DNA from: Betaproteobacteria bacterium
GTDB lineage: Bacteria; Pseudomonadota; Gammaproteobacteria; Burkholderiales; SG8-41
Assembly: GCA_003820645.1 (NCBI GenBank)
Contig: RPOR01000006.1
Coordinates: 1-63,676, forward strand
DNA length: 63,676 bases
Reading direction: 5' to 3'
Shown piece after piece: positions 19,337 to 27,937 of this stretch. Position numbers and translations under genes: made by a program. Position 1 is the first letter of the stretch. Each line of letters begins with the position of its first letter. The notes below the pieces were generated by a model. The model saw only the letters and a list, made by a program, of their open reading frames with translations, was not told the DNA's origin and made no database searches.

Positions 19337-19936
19337 TCACCATCTCCTGTCCTTGCCCGTGCCGAGCAAGGGTCGTAATTTAACGGCCACCGCTTCGCGC
19401 GCCCGGAATATCCGGGAACGCACCGTCCCCACCGGGCATTGCATGACGGCGGCTATTTCTTCGTAACTCAGCCCTTCGATCTCGCGCAGCGTCAGCGCTG
19501 TCCTTAACTCCTCTGGCAACTCCTGCAGAGTTTGGTTCACTGTGTCCCCGACCTGCCGACTCATCATCTGGTTCTCCGGGGTATTCAGGTCCTGCAGCTG
19601 GCCGCCCGAATCCAGATCCTCCGCCTCCTCGGCATCCATCTCGGTGCTGGTCGGTGCTCGTCGGCCCATCGCCACCAGGTGGTTCTTGGCGGTATTGATG
19701 CCGATCCGGTACAGCCACGTATAGAATGCGCTGTCGCCGCGAAACCCGGGCAATGCCCGGTAGGCCTTGATGAATGCTTCCTGCGTCACATCTTCCACTT
19801 CACTCGGGTCACGAATGAAACGCGACAGCAAACGCCCCAGCTTGCGCTGGTATTTGACCACCAGCAGGTCAAATGCATGCTTGTCACCACGCTGCACACG
19901 CTCGACTAACTGCTGATCGACTTCGCGATCGCTCAT
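19337..19936 (-). CDS. rpoE: RNA polymerase sigma factor RpoE (sigma-24/AlgU)
   Basis: DQQLVERVQRGDKHAFDLLVVKYQRKL..., region 2 and region 4 (LSYEEIAAVMQCPVGTVRSRIFRAREAV). Confidence 0.97.
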   Translation of the reverse strand: MSDREVDQQLVERVQRGDKHAFDLLVVKYQRKLGRLLSRFIRDPSEVEDVTQEAFIKAYRALPGFRGDSAFYTWLYRIGINTAKNHLVAMGRRAPTSTEMDAEEAEDLDSGGQLQDLNTPENQMMSRQVGDTVNQTLQELPEELRTALTLREIEGLSYEEIAAVMQCPVGTVRSRIFRAREAVAVKLRPLLGTGKDRRW

Positions 19937-20056
19937 TGTTATCCGGTCCCTGGCACTACAGTCCTGCGCCCGGTCAGCAGGCTCGCCGCCCGGACAGGCG
20001 CCGCAGTATAACCGCCTGACGGATAACGCGAAATGTTGCAGCCGCAGCGCTCTTGC

Positions 20057-20083
20057 ACTGACCGGCCGCGGCGGATTAAGTTC
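20057..20083 (-). promoter_or_regulatory. Candidate sigma-E (AlgU-type) autoregulated promoter of rpoE
   Basis: Minus strand reads GAACTT (20078-20083), then a 16-nt spacer, then TCAGT (20057-20061). The consensus I recall is GAACTT-N16/17-TCtgA. Lies ~120 nt upstream of the rpoE ATG. Confidence 0.4.
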
Positions 20084-20144
20084 AGCTCAGCCATGACTTC
20101 TTGGCAAAAATGTCCATGATGTGGCCAGCGCCGGTGCCGCTGCG

Positions 20145-21665
20145 TCAGTTGCGGCGCAGCAAGCACCGCTCCAGCACCCGGAATCCCCACTCGATGAGGA
20201 TCGCCAGCATCGCCGCCGGGATTGCGCCTGCCAACAGCAGCGTATGGTCATTGACGGCCAAACCGGCCACGATGCGTTCTCCGTACCCGCCGGCCCCGAT
20301 GAAGGCTGCGATGGTCGCGGTACCGACGTTGATCACGGCAGCGGTCTTGATCCCGGCCAACACCCCCGGTAACGCGAGCGGCAACTCGACCAGCCGCAGT
20401 AGTTGCCGGCCGGTCAACCCCAGCGCACGCCCGGCATCGCGCATGCCGTCCCCGACGCCGGCCAAGGCCGTTTCGGTGCTGCGGATCACCGGCAGCAGCG
20501 CGTACAGAAACAGCGCCAGTATCGCGGGGACGGCGCCGATGCGATCCAAGGCGGCAATCAGAAAGGCCAGCAAAGCGAGACTGGGCACTGTCTGCAACAC
20601 CCCGGCGCCGGTCAACACCCAGTAACCGGCCCGTGGTGCACGCTGTGCCCAGACGCCCAGTGGTATACCGGCGAGCACGCTGAGCAGCAGCGATGCGCAC
20701 ACCAGGGTCAGGTGCTCCAGCGTGAGGCGCAGCAGATCCGGACCAAACAGTGTCGTTGCCAGCGATCGTGGCGACGCCGATTGTGCATCAAGGCCGTGGC
20801 CTCCCGGGCCCCGCTGCTGCAGCCATTCTTCGGCAACGTCCGCAAAACTGCGGCGGTCGAGTTCCACCGCCGCATTCATCCGCCGCATCGCCGCGCTGCC
20901 TATTGAATCCTGCAGTTTTTCCAGTTCCGCCCAGGCCCGGGGGAAACGTTCCGGCACATCCTTCCGGTAGACCAGCACCGCGTCATAGGCCGGGAAAAAA
21001 CGCTGATCGTCCTCCAGCACCCGCAGGCTAAGCCGGGTAATCTGCGGGTCCGTGGTGTAGACGTCGATGACATCAACCTGCGCCTGCATCAGCGCAGCAT
21101 AGGCCAGCCCGTGCTCCAGGCCGCGAACCGCAAAACCATCCAGTTCATACGTTTCACTCAACGCCGGCCAGCCATCGCGGCGACTGCGGAACTCGGGCGA
21201 GAGGCCAAGACGGGCCTCGCCAAAGCTCCGCAAATCGGATATGCGCCGCATGCCCCGGCGCGCAGCCTGATCATCGCGCATGGCCAGCGCATAACTATTG
21301 CTGAATCCCAGCAACACCCCTGCCGCCAGACCGTGCGGCGCCAGATGCCGGTTGAGGTCGTCGAGGGCAGGCACCCCTGACAGGCCCAGCAGTTCGAGCG
21401 CAATCGTCCCGGTGTAGTCTGGATAGACATCGATGGCGCCGCTCTTCAGCGCGGCAAACAGGATTGCGGTGTTGCCCAGTCCCGGTTTGTGTGTCACGCG
21501 CACTTCGCCTGTACGCTGCACGGCGCGTGCAATCAGTTCACCCAGGATGTACGACTCGGTGAACCGTTTTGAACCGACGTGCAGGACATCGCTGGCGGCG
21601 GCCGTTGCCACGGAACACAGCAGCATGACGACAATGCCGCGCGCGACCCGATCAAGACCACGCAT
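20145..21665 (-). CDS. Glycine-betaine/choline-type ABC transporter, fused substrate-binding (N-terminal) and permease (C-terminal) protein
   Basis: 506 aa. Signal peptide plus an OpuAC-like domain (VGSKRFTESYILGELIA...GNTAILFAALKSGAIDVYPDYTGT). Then a BPD-type permease with EAA-like loop (ALLPVIRSTETALAGVGDGMRDAGRALGLTGRQ). Confidence 0.85.
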   Translation of the reverse strand: MRGLDRVARGIVVMLLCSVATAAASDVLHVGSKRFTESYILGELIARAVQRTGEVRVTHKPGLGNTAILFAALKSGAIDVYPDYTGTIALELLGLSGVPALDDLNRHLAPHGLAAGVLLGFSNSYALAMRDDQAARRGMRRISDLRSFGEARLGLSPEFRSRRDGWPALSETYELDGFAVRGLEHGLAYAALMQAQVDVIDVYTTDPQITRLSLRVLEDDQRFFPAYDAVLVYRKDVPERFPRAWAELEKLQDSIGSAAMRRMNAAVELDRRSFADVAEEWLQQRGPGGHGLDAQSASPRSLATTLFGPDLLRLTLEHLTLVCASLLLSVLAGIPLGVWAQRAPRAGYWVLTGAGVLQTVPSLALLAFLIAALDRIGAVPAILALFLYALLPVIRSTETALAGVGDGMRDAGRALGLTGRQLLRLVELPLALPGVLAGIKTAAVINVGTATIAAFIGAGGYGERIVAGLAVNDHTLLLAGAIPAAMLAILIEWGFRVLERCLLRRN

Positions 21666-21786
21666 ACGGCAACCGAGATGTGATGCGGATCTGTCGTCTC
21701 ATGTCGCGAAGATGGTAGCATGCTCCGCATCGCCAACCGCGCTGATCCGGTGCCTGCGCCATCACCGCTGCTCAAAGGTTATTGCC

Positions 21787-23115
21787 ATGACTGCACGCCC
21801 TGCCGAACTTGAATCATTCTGGATGCCGTTCACCGCGAATCGCGCGTTCAAACACGCACCGCGCATGCTAGTTGCGGCAAAGGACATGCACTACACCACC
21901 GACGACGGCCGTCAGCTGCTCGACGGCACCGCGGGACTGTGGTGCGTCAATGCCGGACATTGCCGGCCGCGCATCGTCGAGGCCGTGCAGAAGCAGGTCG
22001 CGGCCATGGATTACAGTCCGGCATTCCAGATGGGCCACCCGGATGCATTTCGCGTCGCCGAACGGCTGGCCGCGCTGGCGCCGGGCGACCTCGATCACGT
22101 GTTCTACTGCAATTCCGGCTCCGAAGGCGTCGATACTGCGCTGAAAATTGCGCTCGCCTATCATCGTTCACGCGGCGAAGGCCACCGCAATGTGCTGATC
22201 GGCCGCGAGCGTGGTTACCATGGCGCAGGTTTCGGCGGCATTTCGGTCGGCGGCATCCCCGCCAATCGCAAAGCCTTCGGCAACATGCTGTTCCGTGTCG
22301 ATCATCTGGCGCACACCCACAACCTGCAGGAGAACGCGTTCAGCCGCGGCCAGCCGGTCTGGGGAGCGCACCTGGCCGATGAACTCGAAAACCGGATCAT
22401 CCCCCTGCACGACGCGAGCAACATCGCAGCGGTAATTGTCGAACCGCTGGCCGGCTCCACAGGTGTGCTGGTGCCGCCCCAGGGTTATCTGCAGCGCCTG
22501 CGCCAGATTTGCGACAAACACGGCCTGCTGCTGATATTCGACGAGGTCATCACCGGCTTCGGTCGCACCGGTCCCTGCTTTGCCGCCGACGCGGTGGGCG
22601 TGGTGCCCGACATGATGATCATCGCCAAGGGTCTGACCAACGGCACGGTGCCGATGGGCGCCGTAATCGCACGCCGCGGGATTTACGAAACCGTTGTCAA
22701 CAGTGCACCGCCCGGAGTGATCGAACTGTTCCATGGCTATACCTATTCCGGCCATCCGCTGGCCACGGCCGCGGCGCTGGCCAGTCTTGACACCTTCGAG
22801 GAGGAAGGTCTGTTTCAGCGCGCCGGGGAACTGGCACCCTACTTCGAGCAGGCAGTGCAGTCGCTGCGCGAGCTGCCGCACGTCATCGACGTGCGCAACA
22901 TGGGGCTGGTTGCCGGCATCGAACTGGAGCCGCGGCCCGGTGCACCGACGGCGCGTGCCTTCGAAACCTTCCTGAAATGCTACGAAATGGGCGCGCTGAT
23001 CCGCACCACCGGCGACATCATTGCGCTGTCACCCCCGCTGATCATCAGCAAAGCGCAGATCGATGAACTGATCGGCAAGCTGGCCGATGCGCTGCGCGAG
23101 GTCGGGCGCAACTAA
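21787..23115 (+). CDS. Class-III (omega) aminotransferase, beta-alanine/omega-amino acid--pyruvate transaminase-like
   Basis: LESFWMPFTANRAFKHAPRMLVAAKDMHYTTDDGRQLLDGTAGLWCVNAGH... and the PLP-lysine context DEVITGFGRTG...PDMMIIAKGLTNG. I use the ATG at 21787. The upstream 118 codons of the ORF are noise. Confidence 0.9.
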   Translation: MTARPAELESFWMPFTANRAFKHAPRMLVAAKDMHYTTDDGRQLLDGTAGLWCVNAGHCRPRIVEAVQKQVAAMDYSPAFQMGHPDAFRVAERLAALAPGDLDHVFYCNSGSEGVDTALKIALAYHRSRGEGHRNVLIGRERGYHGAGFGGISVGGIPANRKAFGNMLFRVDHLAHTHNLQENAFSRGQPVWGAHLADELENRIIPLHDASNIAAVIVEPLAGSTGVLVPPQGYLQRLRQICDKHGLLLIFDEVITGFGRTGPCFAADAVGVVPDMMIIAKGLTNGTVPMGAVIARRGIYETVVNSAPPGVIELFHGYTYSGHPLATAAALASLDTFEEEGLFQRAGELAPYFEQAVQSLRELPHVIDVRNMGLVAGIELEPRPGAPTARAFETFLKCYEMGALIRTTGDIIALSPPLIISKAQIDELIGKLADALREVGRN

Positions 23116-23175
23116 AACACGTTTATAATCAATGTCTTGTAACATACCGCCAGCTGCAACACGCTGCGGTGACCG

Positions 23176-26100
23176 CTAGACGCGCTGCACCGCCCGCAAT
23201 TCCAGTTTGACCAGGCAATGATCCAGCCACTCGGCGGTCAGTTTTTCCTGCGTCGAGTTTTGCTTCAAACGCTGGTCCAGCGCCTGCCAGTCCACGCAAT
23301 CGAGCGGCTGGTCCTGATTGAAACAGGAAAATACATAGCTGGTCTTGCCGGTCTCTGGATCAATCTGCGGCTGCAGGCACTGTGCGCAGACCTCCTTCAT
23401 CATGCATTGCATCGGCGAGTTGATAGAGCCGATCGCGTGATGCTGCGGCTTCAGGTAGGATTTCAGCACATCATGCCGTGCCCGTGCCACCGCGGCCATC
23501 ATCTTGTCGGAGCCGATGGCGATGATGCGGTCAGCTGCCGTAAACGGTATGGCCTGTGCACCGAGTTCGCCCGCCGCGTAGGCCTTCATCGCCTGCACGA
23601 TGTTGCCGACAAACCGGCGGTCGTCGGGGCGGGCCGGCATGAAGCCCGGCTCATCATCGCTGCACCACACAACCACATCGCTGGCCGCTTCGATTTCCTC
23701 GATCTTGTAACGGTCGATCATCCGCTTGTAGCCGGCAAAATACAGTACCTTGCAGCCGGCCTTGCGCATCGCCTGGCCGATCGAAAACAGCACCGCATTG
23801 CCCAAGCCACCGCCCACCAGCACCACCGTCTCCCCGGTGGGAATTTCGGTGGGCGTGCCGGTCGGGCCCATCAGCACGATGGGTTCGCCCGGTTTGAGTT
23901 CCACGCAAAGGTCACTGGAGCCGCCCATTTCGAGCACGATGGTCGACAGCAATCCCCGCCCAGGATCGACCCAGGCGCCGGTCAGCGCCAGCCCCTCCAT
24001 TGCCAGCGTGCTGCCTTCCGTGCGCGGGGCACGCGCTTCGAAATTCTGCAGCCGGTAGAACTGCCCGGGGCGAAACCGCTGCGCCGCCAGCGGCGCATGC
24101 ACCACGACTTCGACGATCGTCGGCGTCAGCCGTTTCACTTCGTGCACCGTTGCCCGCAGGTCGCGGTGCAAGCCACCGAGGAACGCCGCATCGTCGACCG
24201 CAGCGGCAGGACGTACTTGTTCGAGCACGCCGCTGACCACCGGATACCCCTGTTTGGCGCTGCCCACCGCCTTTACCACATTGCCGAAAAACGACGGGTG
24301 CACATCGCCGAAATAACTGATGCAACGGCCGTCGTCGCGCCTGGACAGCAGCACATTGACGATATTGGGCTTGGCGATCGCTTTCTCCACCGCCACCGGT
24401 TGGCCACTGGCATCGCATGCCTGGAAATAGCGGCCATCGAGCGCGAAATGTGCTGCATCTTCGCGGGCCAGCACCGTGTTGGGCTGGGTGCCGGCGGCAA
24501 TCAGGATGGCCCGCGCCGGAAGTTCCACGCGCCCCGTCTCGCGCCATTCTCCATCCTCACCGCGGCCATGCACCGCCGCTTTCAGCGCCCGTACGTGCCG
24601 GTATTCGTCCACTTCGATCGCGAGCGGTGTCAGGCATTCGGCGAAAGTGATGCCCTCCTCCAGCGCCTTGTGCACCTCCTCGTGATTCAGTGTGTACGAC
24701 GGACTGTCGACCAGCCGTTTGCGGTAGGCGATGGTCGCGCCGCCCCAGGACTGCAGCAACTGCAGGATGCGCGGCTCGCGGCCTGCCGTGGCCGCCAGCA
24801 CACGCTCGGCCCGGATCGCCCGCGCGTGGGCGATGAACTCGTCGGCAATCTGGCGCTCTTCGGGATTCCAGGCAATGCGCGCCGCGGCCTCGCCATGCTC
24901 GCGCGCCAGCATCTCGTAGCGCGCCAGGAATTTCTCCACCTGCAGCGGGTAATAGGCCAGCGACTCGGTCGCGGTATCGATCGCAGTCAGCCCGCCGCCG
25001 ATGACGACCACCGGCAGCCGGAGCTGCATGTTGGCGATGGAGTCGGCTTTTGCCGCGCCGCTCAGTTGCAGCGCCATCAGGAAATCCGAGGCAGTGCGCA
25101 CGCCGCGCGCCAGGCCGTTGGGCATGTCGAGCACTGTCGGTCGCCCGGCACCGATGGCCAGCGCGATGTGGTCAAAACCCATCGCAAACGCCTCGTCGGC
25201 GGTGATGGTGCCACCAAAGCGCACCCCGCCGAGCAGCGCAAACTGCGCCCGGCGCTCAAGCAGCAGGCGGATGATTTTCAGGAAATTCTTGTCCCAGCGC
25301 ACCGTGATGCCATATTCGGCAACGCCGCCGAAACCGGCCATCGCCCGTTCATCCAGCGATTCGTAGAGTTCGCGCACGTTGTGTACCGGCCGGAACGGCA
25401 CGCGCCGGCCGGTTTCGTCCACTCCGGAGAGGTCCGCCGGCAGCGGCTCGATCTTCAGGCCGTCAATGCCGACCAAGGTATGGCCTTCGTTCATCAGGTG
25501 ATGCGCGAGCGAGAACCCGGCCGGCCCCATGCCGACGACCAGCACGCGTTTGCCGGTCAGCGCCCGCGGATACGGATTGCGCAGGTTGAGCGGGTTCCAG
25601 CGCGTGAGCAGACTGTAGATCTCGAAGCCCCACGGCAGTTCCAGCACATCCTTCAGGGTGCGGGTCTCTGCCTGCGGAATATTGACCGGCTCCTGCTTCT
25701 GGTAAATGCAGGCCTTCATGCAGTCGTTGCAGATGCGATGCCCGGTCGCCGCCACGGTCGGATTGTCGATGGTAATAATCGCCAGCGCACCGATCGCCAG
25801 TCCCGCGGTCTTGGCCTTGTGGAATTCCGAGATTTTTTCGTCGAGTGGACACCCGGCGAGCGTGGTACCGAACGGTGATTTCTTGAACGACTGTGCACCG
25901 TGACCCGTGGCGCCCTTTTCTCGCAATCCCTTGGAACACGAATCCTTGCCCTGCTCATGGCACCAGATACAGTAGTTCGCTTCGTCGAGCGCACCGGTCA
26001 GGTCCGTGCCGCTGTCGGTGAGCTTGAAGCCCGCGCGCTGGCGCAGCCGCGACACGTCAAACCGGTGCTCGGTAAACCCGGCGGTGGTGGTGGTCTGTGA

Positions 26101-26757
26101 CGGCACCAAGTTCTGGAAATCCAGCTTGTGCGGGGATTTGAACAGCACCCCGGCATGATGACGGGCACGTCCGGTTTCGGTATGCGCCGCCCACGCCGCG
26201 TACTGCAGTGCGAGTTCCAGCGCCTCGGCATGGTTTTGTTCGTCCTGCTGCCAGAGAGTCACATGTTTGGCAAATGCCAGTTCCGTCAGCGGCTCACCGC
26301 ACAGCGCCGCAAGCTTTTCGCCGACAGCCGGGCCGTCGATGGCTGCCGCCGCGTCGGCCTTATACTTGTGCATGGCCTTGCGCTGTACGAACAAGCGCTT
26401 GACGCTGTACAGCGGAGCCAGTTCGTGGTGACGCGCCGACAGCGCACGCACCTCGGCATCGATGCCGAACAGCTGTGCGATAAAATCATCGAGGTGAGGT
26501 GCCAGGGCCAGCAGCAATTCGGACTCGGCCTTCGCCGCCCAGGGTTCGGCAGCAGTGCGTGCCGCGAGCAGCCGCGCGTGCAGCGCCGCATCGGTCTGTT
26601 CCAGTTGACCTAGGAAAATCCGGTCCAGTCGAACCAGGCCGTCGCGCTTATAAAAATCTTCGAATGAGAACCCGAACCGGGGGGGAGCTGCTGCGGATTG
26701 AGTCACGATGTTCCGGGAGGCATGCAAAGGCGAAATTATAGCAACTGGGCTATCCAT
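23176..26757 (-). CDS. Giant fused oxidoreductase: unknown N-terminal domain, then a GltD/NfnB/SudA-like Fe-S flavoprotein domain, then a PyrK/NfnA/SudB-like FAD/NAD(P) + [2Fe-2S] domain
   Basis: 1193 aa. Cys clusters at C263-x2-C266-x7-C274...C303P and C343-x2-C346-x3-C350. Rossmann motifs GKRVLVVGMGPAG (FAD) and LPVVVIGGGLTAID (NAD(P)H). C-terminal ferredoxin-reductase-like module (RPGQFYRL; VVLVGGGLGNA). PyrK-type motif C1118-x5-C1124-x2-C1127-x17-C1145. Start uncertain; an alternative GTG lies at 26706. Confidence 0.85.
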   Translation of the reverse strand: MDSPVAIISPLHASRNIVTQSAAAPPRFGFSFEDFYKRDGLVRLDRIFLGQLEQTDAALHARLLAARTAAEPWAAKAESELLLALAPHLDDFIAQLFGIDAEVRALSARHHELAPLYSVKRLFVQRKAMHKYKADAAAAIDGPAVGEKLAALCGEPLTELAFAKHVTLWQQDEQNHAEALELALQYAAWAAHTETGRARHHAGVLFKSPHKLDFQNLVPSQTTTTAGFTEHRFDVSRLRQRAGFKLTDSGTDLTGALDEANYCIWCHEQGKDSCSKGLREKGATGHGAQSFKKSPFGTTLAGCPLDEKISEFHKAKTAGLAIGALAIITIDNPTVAATGHRICNDCMKACIYQKQEPVNIPQAETRTLKDVLELPWGFEIYSLLTRWNPLNLRNPYPRALTGKRVLVVGMGPAGFSLAHHLMNEGHTLVGIDGLKIEPLPADLSGVDETGRRVPFRPVHNVRELYESLDERAMAGFGGVAEYGITVRWDKNFLKIIRLLLERRAQFALLGGVRFGGTITADEAFAMGFDHIALAIGAGRPTVLDMPNGLARGVRTASDFLMALQLSGAAKADSIANMQLRLPVVVIGGGLTAIDTATESLAYYPLQVEKFLARYEMLAREHGEAAARIAWNPEERQIADEFIAHARAIRAERVLAATAGREPRILQLLQSWGGATIAYRKRLVDSPSYTLNHEEVHKALEEGITFAECLTPLAIEVDEYRHVRALKAAVHGRGEDGEWRETGRVELPARAILIAAGTQPNTVLAREDAAHFALDGRYFQACDASGQPVAVEKAIAKPNIVNVLLSRRDDGRCISYFGDVHPSFFGNVVKAVGSAKQGYPVVSGVLEQVRPAAAVDDAAFLGGLHRDLRATVHEVKRLTPTIVEVVVHAPLAAQRFRPGQFYRLQNFEARAPRTEGSTLAMEGLALTGAWVDPGRGLLSTIVLEMGGSSDLCVELKPGEPIVLMGPTGTPTEIPTGETVVLVGGGLGNAVLFSIGQAMRKAGCKVLYFAGYKRMIDRYKIEEIEAASDVVVWCSDDEPGFMPARPDDRRFVGNIVQAMKAYAAGELGAQAIPFTAADRIIAIGSDKMMAAVARARHDVLKSYLKPQHHAIGSINSPMQCMMKEVCAQCLQPQIDPETGKTSYVFSCFNQDQPLDCVDWQALDQRLKQNSTQEKLTAEWLDHCLVKLELRAVQRV

Positions 26758-26895
26758 GGCCTGAATCCGGACGCTATTTGTCCGGTATTTCTGCCGCTAC
26801 AGCGGCAGCTCAGGGCAAGCGCCATCTCGGGACCACGCCGTGGCGGCTGTGCAATAATCGCGGCAGTCTGGCACTGAGCAAGCGCAACTCGCGCG

Positions 26896-27030
26896 ATGAC
26901 CGCGAACCAAAGAAAAATGCTGGTATGGATTCTGTTGGCAGTGCTTGCCGCGCTGGTGACGTATGTGACTTTCCGCGGCTACCTCAGCCCCGAATTCCTG
27001 CTGGGTTTTGCCAACACGTTTTCCTGCTGA
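26896..27030 (+). CDS. Hypothetical 44-aa single-TM small protein (speculative)
   Basis: ATG ORF translating MTANQRKMLVWILLAVLAALVTYVTFRGYLSPEFLLGFANTFSC. It has a positively charged N-terminus, a 20-residue hydrophobic helix and mostly G/C-ending codons. No clear SD. Below the ORF-track length cutoff. Confidence 0.3.
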   Translation: MTANQRKMLVWILLAVLAALVTYVTFRGYLSPEFLLGFANTFSC

Positions 27031-27037
27031 ACCGGCG

Positions 27038-27892
27038 TTAACACAGCGGCGCGCGCTCGGTTGCCGTAATGACGTTGGCGATGAGCATGGCGATCGTCAT
27101 CGGCCCCACGCCCCCCGGCACCGGCGTGATCCAGCCGGCGCGTGCCCGGACCGGCTCGAAATCGACGTCGCCGCACAGCTTGCCGTCGGGCAGGCGGTTG
27201 ATGCCGACATCGATGACCGCCGCACCCGGCTTGACCATGTCGGCGGTCACCATGCGCGGCTTGCCGATGGCACAGACCAGGATATCGGCCTGGCGTGTCA
27301 CGGCGGGCAGATCCACAGTACGTGAATGACAAATGGTCACCGTCGCATTGCGCTCGAGCAGCATCAGCGCTGCCGGCTTGCCGACGATGCTGCTGCGGCC
27401 GATCACCACCGCATGCCGGCCGGCGATGGGCACGCCGGCGCGCTCCAGCATCAGCATGCTACCCGACGGTGTGCACGGAGCAAGACCGGCATGGCCATCG
27501 AGCAACGCGCCGAGGCTGCGCCACGTAAACCCGTCGACATCCTTGGCTGCGGCGATCCGCTGCAGGACGGTCACCGCATTGATGTGCGGCGGCAACGGCA
27601 GCTGCACCAGAATGCCGTGCACCCGCGGGTCAGCGTTCAGCGCATCGATTCTCTGCAGCAGTTCCGCTTCGGCAGTCGCTGCCGGCAACCGGGTGTCGAA
27701 GGACTGCACACCAGCTTCACGGCAGGCGCGCGTCTTGCTGCGCACATAAACTGCCGAGGCCGGATCGTCACCCACCAGCACCACAGCCAGGCCGGGTACC
27801 CGTCCCTGCTGCGCCAGTTGCGCAGCCCGTATCTTCTGTTCGTCCAGCACCTGCCGTGCCATCGCAGCCCCATCGATGATGATTGCACTCAT
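27038..27892 (-). CDS. folD: Bifunctional methylenetetrahydrofolate dehydrogenase/methenyl-THF cyclohydrolase
   Basis: IIDGAAMARQV...PGLAVVLVGDDPASAVYVRSK...GILVQLPLP...VVIGRSSIVGKP...TPVPGGVGPMTIAML. Confidence 0.97.
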   Translation of the reverse strand: MSAIIIDGAAMARQVLDEQKIRAAQLAQQGRVPGLAVVLVGDDPASAVYVRSKTRACREAGVQSFDTRLPAATAEAELLQRIDALNADPRVHGILVQLPLPPHINAVTVLQRIAAAKDVDGFTWRSLGALLDGHAGLAPCTPSGSMLMLERAGVPIAGRHAVVIGRSSIVGKPAALMLLERNATVTICHSRTVDLPAVTRQADILVCAIGKPRMVTADMVKPGAAVIDVGINRLPDGKLCGDVDFEPVRARAGWITPVPGGVGPMTIAMLIANVITATERAPLC

Positions 27893-27937
27893 CGCAGTCT
27901 GATTACATTAAGGTAGGATTAAAAACTGTCGCACGCA

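Noticed and set aside
19949-19967. TGGCAC-containing sequence (CTGGCACTACAGTCCTGC) resembling a sigma-54 promoter near the rpoE start.
   Set aside because: The GG-to-GC spacing is off by 2 nt. It also points on the plus strand toward no gene.
19939-20190. 83-aa minus-strand ORF filling the rpoE/ABC intergenic region, and the 5-280 minus ORF antisense to the TAXI gene.
   Set aside because: No SD and non-protein-like composition. The first overlaps the 3' end of the ABC gene and the candidate rpoE promoter. The second is antisense to a well-supported gene.
23218-25878. 886-aa ORF on the plus strand, the longest of many long antisense ORFs. Others: 30573-32156, 32800-34251, 47238-48626, 1825-3114, 49641-50861, 39058-40245, 40569-41735, 16636-17814, 61978-63129, 6101-7228, 55594-56583, 52977-53876, 13293-14345, 54775-55584.
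   Set aside because: Each lies exactly antisense to a gene with unmistakable family motifs. Their translations are Arg/His/Gln/Asp/Gly-rich, low in Lys/Ile/Phe, and carry no recognisable motifs. This is the usual stop-codon-poor shadow frame of GC-rich coding DNA.
26869-26883. Sigma-54-like element TGGCAC-N5-AAGC with correct GG/GC spacing upstream of the small ORF.
   Set aside because: The -12 element is a poor match (AAGC versus TTGC). The implied TSS would be only 1-2 nt from the ATG. No enhancer-binding-protein gene or UAS is evident.
26778-27041. 87-aa plus-strand ORF in the oxidoreductase/folD gap.
   Set aside because: Its composition (MSGISAATAAAQGKRHLGTTPWRL...) is not protein-like and it runs through two hairpins. 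A shorter ORF in another frame (26896-27030) looks more plausible and is reported with low confidence instead.
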